Assembly (NCBI RefSeq): GCF_001194135.2
Contig: NC_068990.1
Location: forward strand, 11,853,293 to 11,917,292
Source of the DNA: Octopus bimaculoides
Lineage: Eukaryota
Length of the DNA stretch: 64,000 nucleotides
Direction: 5' to 3'
In this document: positions 59,906 through 64,000 of the stretch, piece by piece
Layout: each line of letters starts with the position of its first letter
Numbering within the stretch: position 1 is the first letter of the stretch
The notes under the pieces: generated by a model
What the model was told of the DNA's origin: nothing
The model's database searches: none
What the model saw: the letters and a program-made list of their open reading frames with translations, nothing else
Made by a program: the position numbers and the translations under genes

Positions 59906-62060
59906 TGTGTGTGTTTTAGTAGTGGAATGTTCTGATGGATAATATTGTAGTCCTCTATGTTTTTTGGGGTTGTGTGTTAAAATAAAGGGTAGAATATTGA
60001 ATGTACCTGGAGCATTTTTCGTTTTTTGTAGTTCTTTGATATTTATTACTTTGACACGTTATATTCTGTTGTCTATTAGCATTAATGGATATTGTCTTTT
60101 AACTAGTACTTATTTTAGTTCCTGGAGTCTTTTATTGTGAGTTTCAAGTTTGAGACAATTGTGCAGATTCTTCTTGCTAGATTAAAGAGGATATTATTCT
60201 TAATTTGGGATGGCATGAGGAGAACAGTAAGTATTGTTTAGAATCTGTTTGTCTGTAGTGAATATCTGTTTCAATGTTTTTATCTCTTTTTATGGTTAAT
60301 ATATACAGGAATGGTAGTTGAGTTTTACTGTATTCCATGGAAAAGTTAATATTATTGTTTTTGCTGTTGATTACATTTTTTAAATCTATAAGTTGCTCAA
60401 ATTTGTGTGTCCATAGGATCAGGCAGTCATCTAAGTAACATTTCCAGTTTTCTAATTTATATTTGTGAAAGTTCAAGCCATATATTAATTTAGATTGATC
60501 ATAAGCGCAGGAGTGGCTGTGTGGTAAGTAGCTTGCTTACCAACCACATGGTTCCGGGTTCATTCCCACTGCGTGGCACCTTGGGCAAGTGTCTTCTACT
60601 ATAACCTCAGGCCGACCAAAGCCTTGTGAGTGNNNNNNNNNNTATATATATATATATATGTATGTTTGTGTGTCTGTCCCCCGAACATCGCTTGACAACC
60701 GATGGTGGTGTATTTAGGTTCCCGTAACTTAGCGGTTCGGTAAAAGAGACCGATAGAATAAGTACTGGGCACCCAAATAATAAGTCCTGGGGTCGATTTG
60801 CTCGACTTAAGGCGATGCTCCAGGATGGCCGCAGTCAAATGACTGAAACAAGTAAAAGGGTAAAAGAGTAAAAGAGTATATATCGGGACCTCCATGTATG
60901 CCATGACTAGATTTGCCTAAGTCGGAGCAACTTTTGTCACCATCGCAGTCCCAGGTATTTGTTTGTAAGCATTGCCATCAAAGCCAAAAACGTTGTTTTC
61001 GAGGATAAACTTGAATCCAGCAGTGATGAATCTCTTTTCAATTCTGTCTGGAATTTCATGAGGGAATTTCTCAAGCCAGAAATTTATTACCTCTAGTTCT
61101 TATTGCGGTGGGATTGTGGTATAGAGGTCTACCATATCAAAAGATACAATAGTGGTATTATTGTTTATGGATTTTGGGAGGTGGTTTAACAGGTCCAGGT
61201 TGTCCCTGTTATGTATTTTAAAAGAGATTTCAGTAATATATCTAAAAGGTTTCTGAGTTTGTGTGTTTCACAGTTCGAACCTGCTATGATTGGTCTAAAT
61301 TTAAGGTCGGCAGGATATTGTATATCTAATCAACTTGACATTGGTTCTTTACATGCATTCTTAATAGTTTGTTTCTTGTGGATTTTGGGGAGATCACAGA
61401 AGTAGCTAGTCTTGCAATCAAAATAGGTGAGGTAGTCACATTGTTTGTTAAACTATTTTGATGTCAGTGAATGAGTGTGTTCAGCTTAGTCATTGTCTTT
61501 GATTTACCTTTTCGTAGTGGGGGGGGGGAGGTCATATCTTGTAATATGTATAGTATATCTCTTTTGTAATGCTCAATATCCATAATAACTATAGCACTTC
61601 CCTTATTTGCTTCCTCATTATCATGTTATAATTTTTCAGTTCATGTATAATATCCCATTCCTTTTGACTGGTACTGGGCTTGATTTTAGGGTGTGGAAGT
61701 TCTTTGTAAGTGAAGGTAGATATAAAATCACAAAATTTATCTAAAGCTTTACCTGTCGTAGGCTTGTAATTACTCTTGTTTCTTACAATTGAAATTTCCC
61801 TAATATTTTATTGTACAATTACTCTGTTGAGTGTAGTTTTCTACAGAACTGTGAAATATTGTTCTGTATTTCATTGGAGGTAGGGTACTGTGGTGCTGGG
61901 GTAAATTTTAGGCCTTTTAATAAAATATTAATTTCTACTGAGAAAGTTTTTTGGATAAGTTAATTATCTTTGGTTTCTCATCTTCACGGTTGACATATTC
62001 ATTCGACCATGTCAGCCTTAACTTATGGCGTCAAACATTGTAACTTGATAGTAACACATG
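59906..62060 (-). mobile_element. Decayed Penelope/Poseidon-like retroelement RT, interrupted by a SINE
   Basis: KGLKFTP, KG(S)AIVIMD, LDLLNHLP, IVSFDMVDLYT.IP, GTAM..VAP..ANLVMAYME, YLDDC and TDI.Y..TDS.QYL.FSSCHPK motifs. Confidence 0.92.
60504..60876 (+). mobile_element. SINE family A, young full-length copy nested in the Penelope RT
   Basis: CpG-intact agcgcaggagtggctgtgtgg...ggccgcagtcaaatgactgaaacaagtaaaagggtaaaagag; removing it rejoins MAYMEVPI-YDQSKL. Confidence 0.95.
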
Positions 62061-63059
62061 GACGTTGTGAGGACCCTGCAAAATTTTATAAGACCAGTCG
62101 TGCGACTATCCTCTACCAATCAAACCCTATTCAAAACATATATTAATTTGAGACATGAAATTCCTATAAAAATAGGGCAAGCTTGAAACACTTGTCAGAA
62201 GCAAGACAGCTGTGACAAAAGCCATGTCTTTCTATTTGAATATTTTGAAAATCAGTTTAAACTGTAAAACCAGTTGAAACTTTAAATAATTTAATAAAAA
62301 AAATTATAATAATTCTTAGTGTATTCTCAATTTCTATTTTTCTTATATTTCTACCTGTGCAGAATAAAATAACTTTGTTTTACACATATACATACAAACA
62401 TATATATATATATGTGATTTGGACCCGACATTTGCAGCACTATATTAAAAATAACAGGACACAATAAGAATTCTTTTTAATCTACGAAAGAAAACAATTC
62501 AAACCTCAGACCATTATCAAACACCTGAAATACTGAACAAACTTGATAAGAATCACGACTTTTAGTCATCAATAACAACAAGTACTCTATATTGATTATA
62601 AACCATTGAACACACATTAAATTATTTTTTCAAACATTTTCAGCCATCAAATTTAATGAAGTTTCCAATCGATATATCTTTGTTGTCCTTGCTAATGTTG
62701 TTTAATTGTTCCTAAGGTACTATGGCTCTAATTTACTGCACTTCCTTACATGTTCATTTAAGTCCTTCAGTTCCTTTTTATTTTAATCTTTTTTTTTTTT
62801 ACTTGAGTATGTATTTGTTTACTAATTTCTGGTTTGGAACTTTTTTTATATTTTTTTGGAGTTTTCTTACGGATTTCGCGATAAGGAAAATAAAAAATTA
62901 GTATTAGAAAGGAGAATTACAGTATGTATTTTTTGTGGTTTTTACTCTACTTTAATTGAATTTCTTACAGTTTAATGTGTCAATTTGGTTCGTTCCTAAC
63001 AAGCGAATATCAAATCTAAGTGAGTGGTACTGAGAATCATCACCTGGTACAAATTTGTG

Positions 63060-63405
63060 GTTGCGTGATTGTGTACGTGTGTCTGCTTTTTGTCTGTGTT
63101 TGTGCATGTGGTGTATGTGTTCATGCATGTGGTGTATATGGGTGTGTGTGTGTGTGTGACTATCTCTGTGTGTTTCTATGCGTGTATGTCTCTCTCTTTC
63201 AGTCTCTGTGTTTATATGTATATATGTATATGTATTTATGCATTTATGAATTTTTATATATGTATCTTTATGAACGTATGTAAGGTATGTATGAATGTAT
63301 TTATGTATGTGTGTTTGTTTATGTATGTATGTTTATGTATGTATGTTCGTATGTATGTGTGTATCTATCTATCTATCTATTGATTTATTTACCTCTCTCT
63401 GTGTA

Positions 63406-63461
<56 letters not shown>

Positions 63462-63765
63462 TAGATAGATAGATATACATACATGTGTGTCTGTCTATCT
63501 ATCTATCTATATATATGTATGTATAGATAGATAGATATACATACATATGTGCGTATAGACACACAGACACACACACACATACGTGTATTTATTTATAAAC
63601 ACACACACAGACATACACATAAATATATTTATATAAACAGATAGGGATATATAATGAATGTTTGTGCATGTGCATTAGTGTCTTTGTATCTATTTTGAGA
63701 TCTGTGCGTATACAAATTCTTGCTTATTAGTGCATGTATACGTATGTTACTGTGTCCTGATACAA

Positions 63766-63799
<34 letters not shown>

Positions 63800-64000
63800 T
63801 ACCAAAATATGTACATCTATCTTTCCAAGATATAATCTCTACATATAAAGGCATGTAAATATATATATATGTGTATAGATGTACGTATAAATAAATGTAT
63901 ACCAGAAAACACATATATGACATATATAGATATTATTCTATATATCACAGATATATTCTATATCTGTGCCATTGTATATGTTTTTCTGATCAGATATCTA
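63060..64000. repeat. Extended (GT)/(AT)/(GTAT)/(GATA) microsatellite region
   Basis: Directly visible. Confidence 0.9.

Overview
Eukaryotic, AT-rich and repeat-saturated DNA with about 20 N-gaps, most of them at (AT)n tracts. The repeat families look like those of coleoid cephalopods, most likely Octopus (pattern recognition, not database-verified). I found no convincing host protein-coding gene. The long ORFs in the track are decayed transposon frames, microsatellite read-throughs or N-gap artefacts. Identifiable content includes decayed LINEs (L1/Tx1, several RTE, CR1/L2, Penelope-like), DNA transposon relics (two hAT, one DD37D/maT-like element with both TIRs, three mariner relics, MITEs), at least seven dispersed SINE-like families, a 35-bp minisatellite and many microsatellites. 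The most notable non-obvious signal is a set of minimal type I hammerhead-ribozyme motifs. One has an intact catalytic core and a self-complementary stem III (57003-57048). Two form a mirror-image pair inside a 237-bp palindrome and carry a CCGAUGA-type core instead of CUGAUGA (25407-25643). Further relics lie at 5181 and 42455. An unusual number of fold-back structures accompanies them (13414, 19201, 20910, 34604, 40576, 55416, 56603). Family names are assigned from remembered motifs and need checking against Dfam/Repbase.
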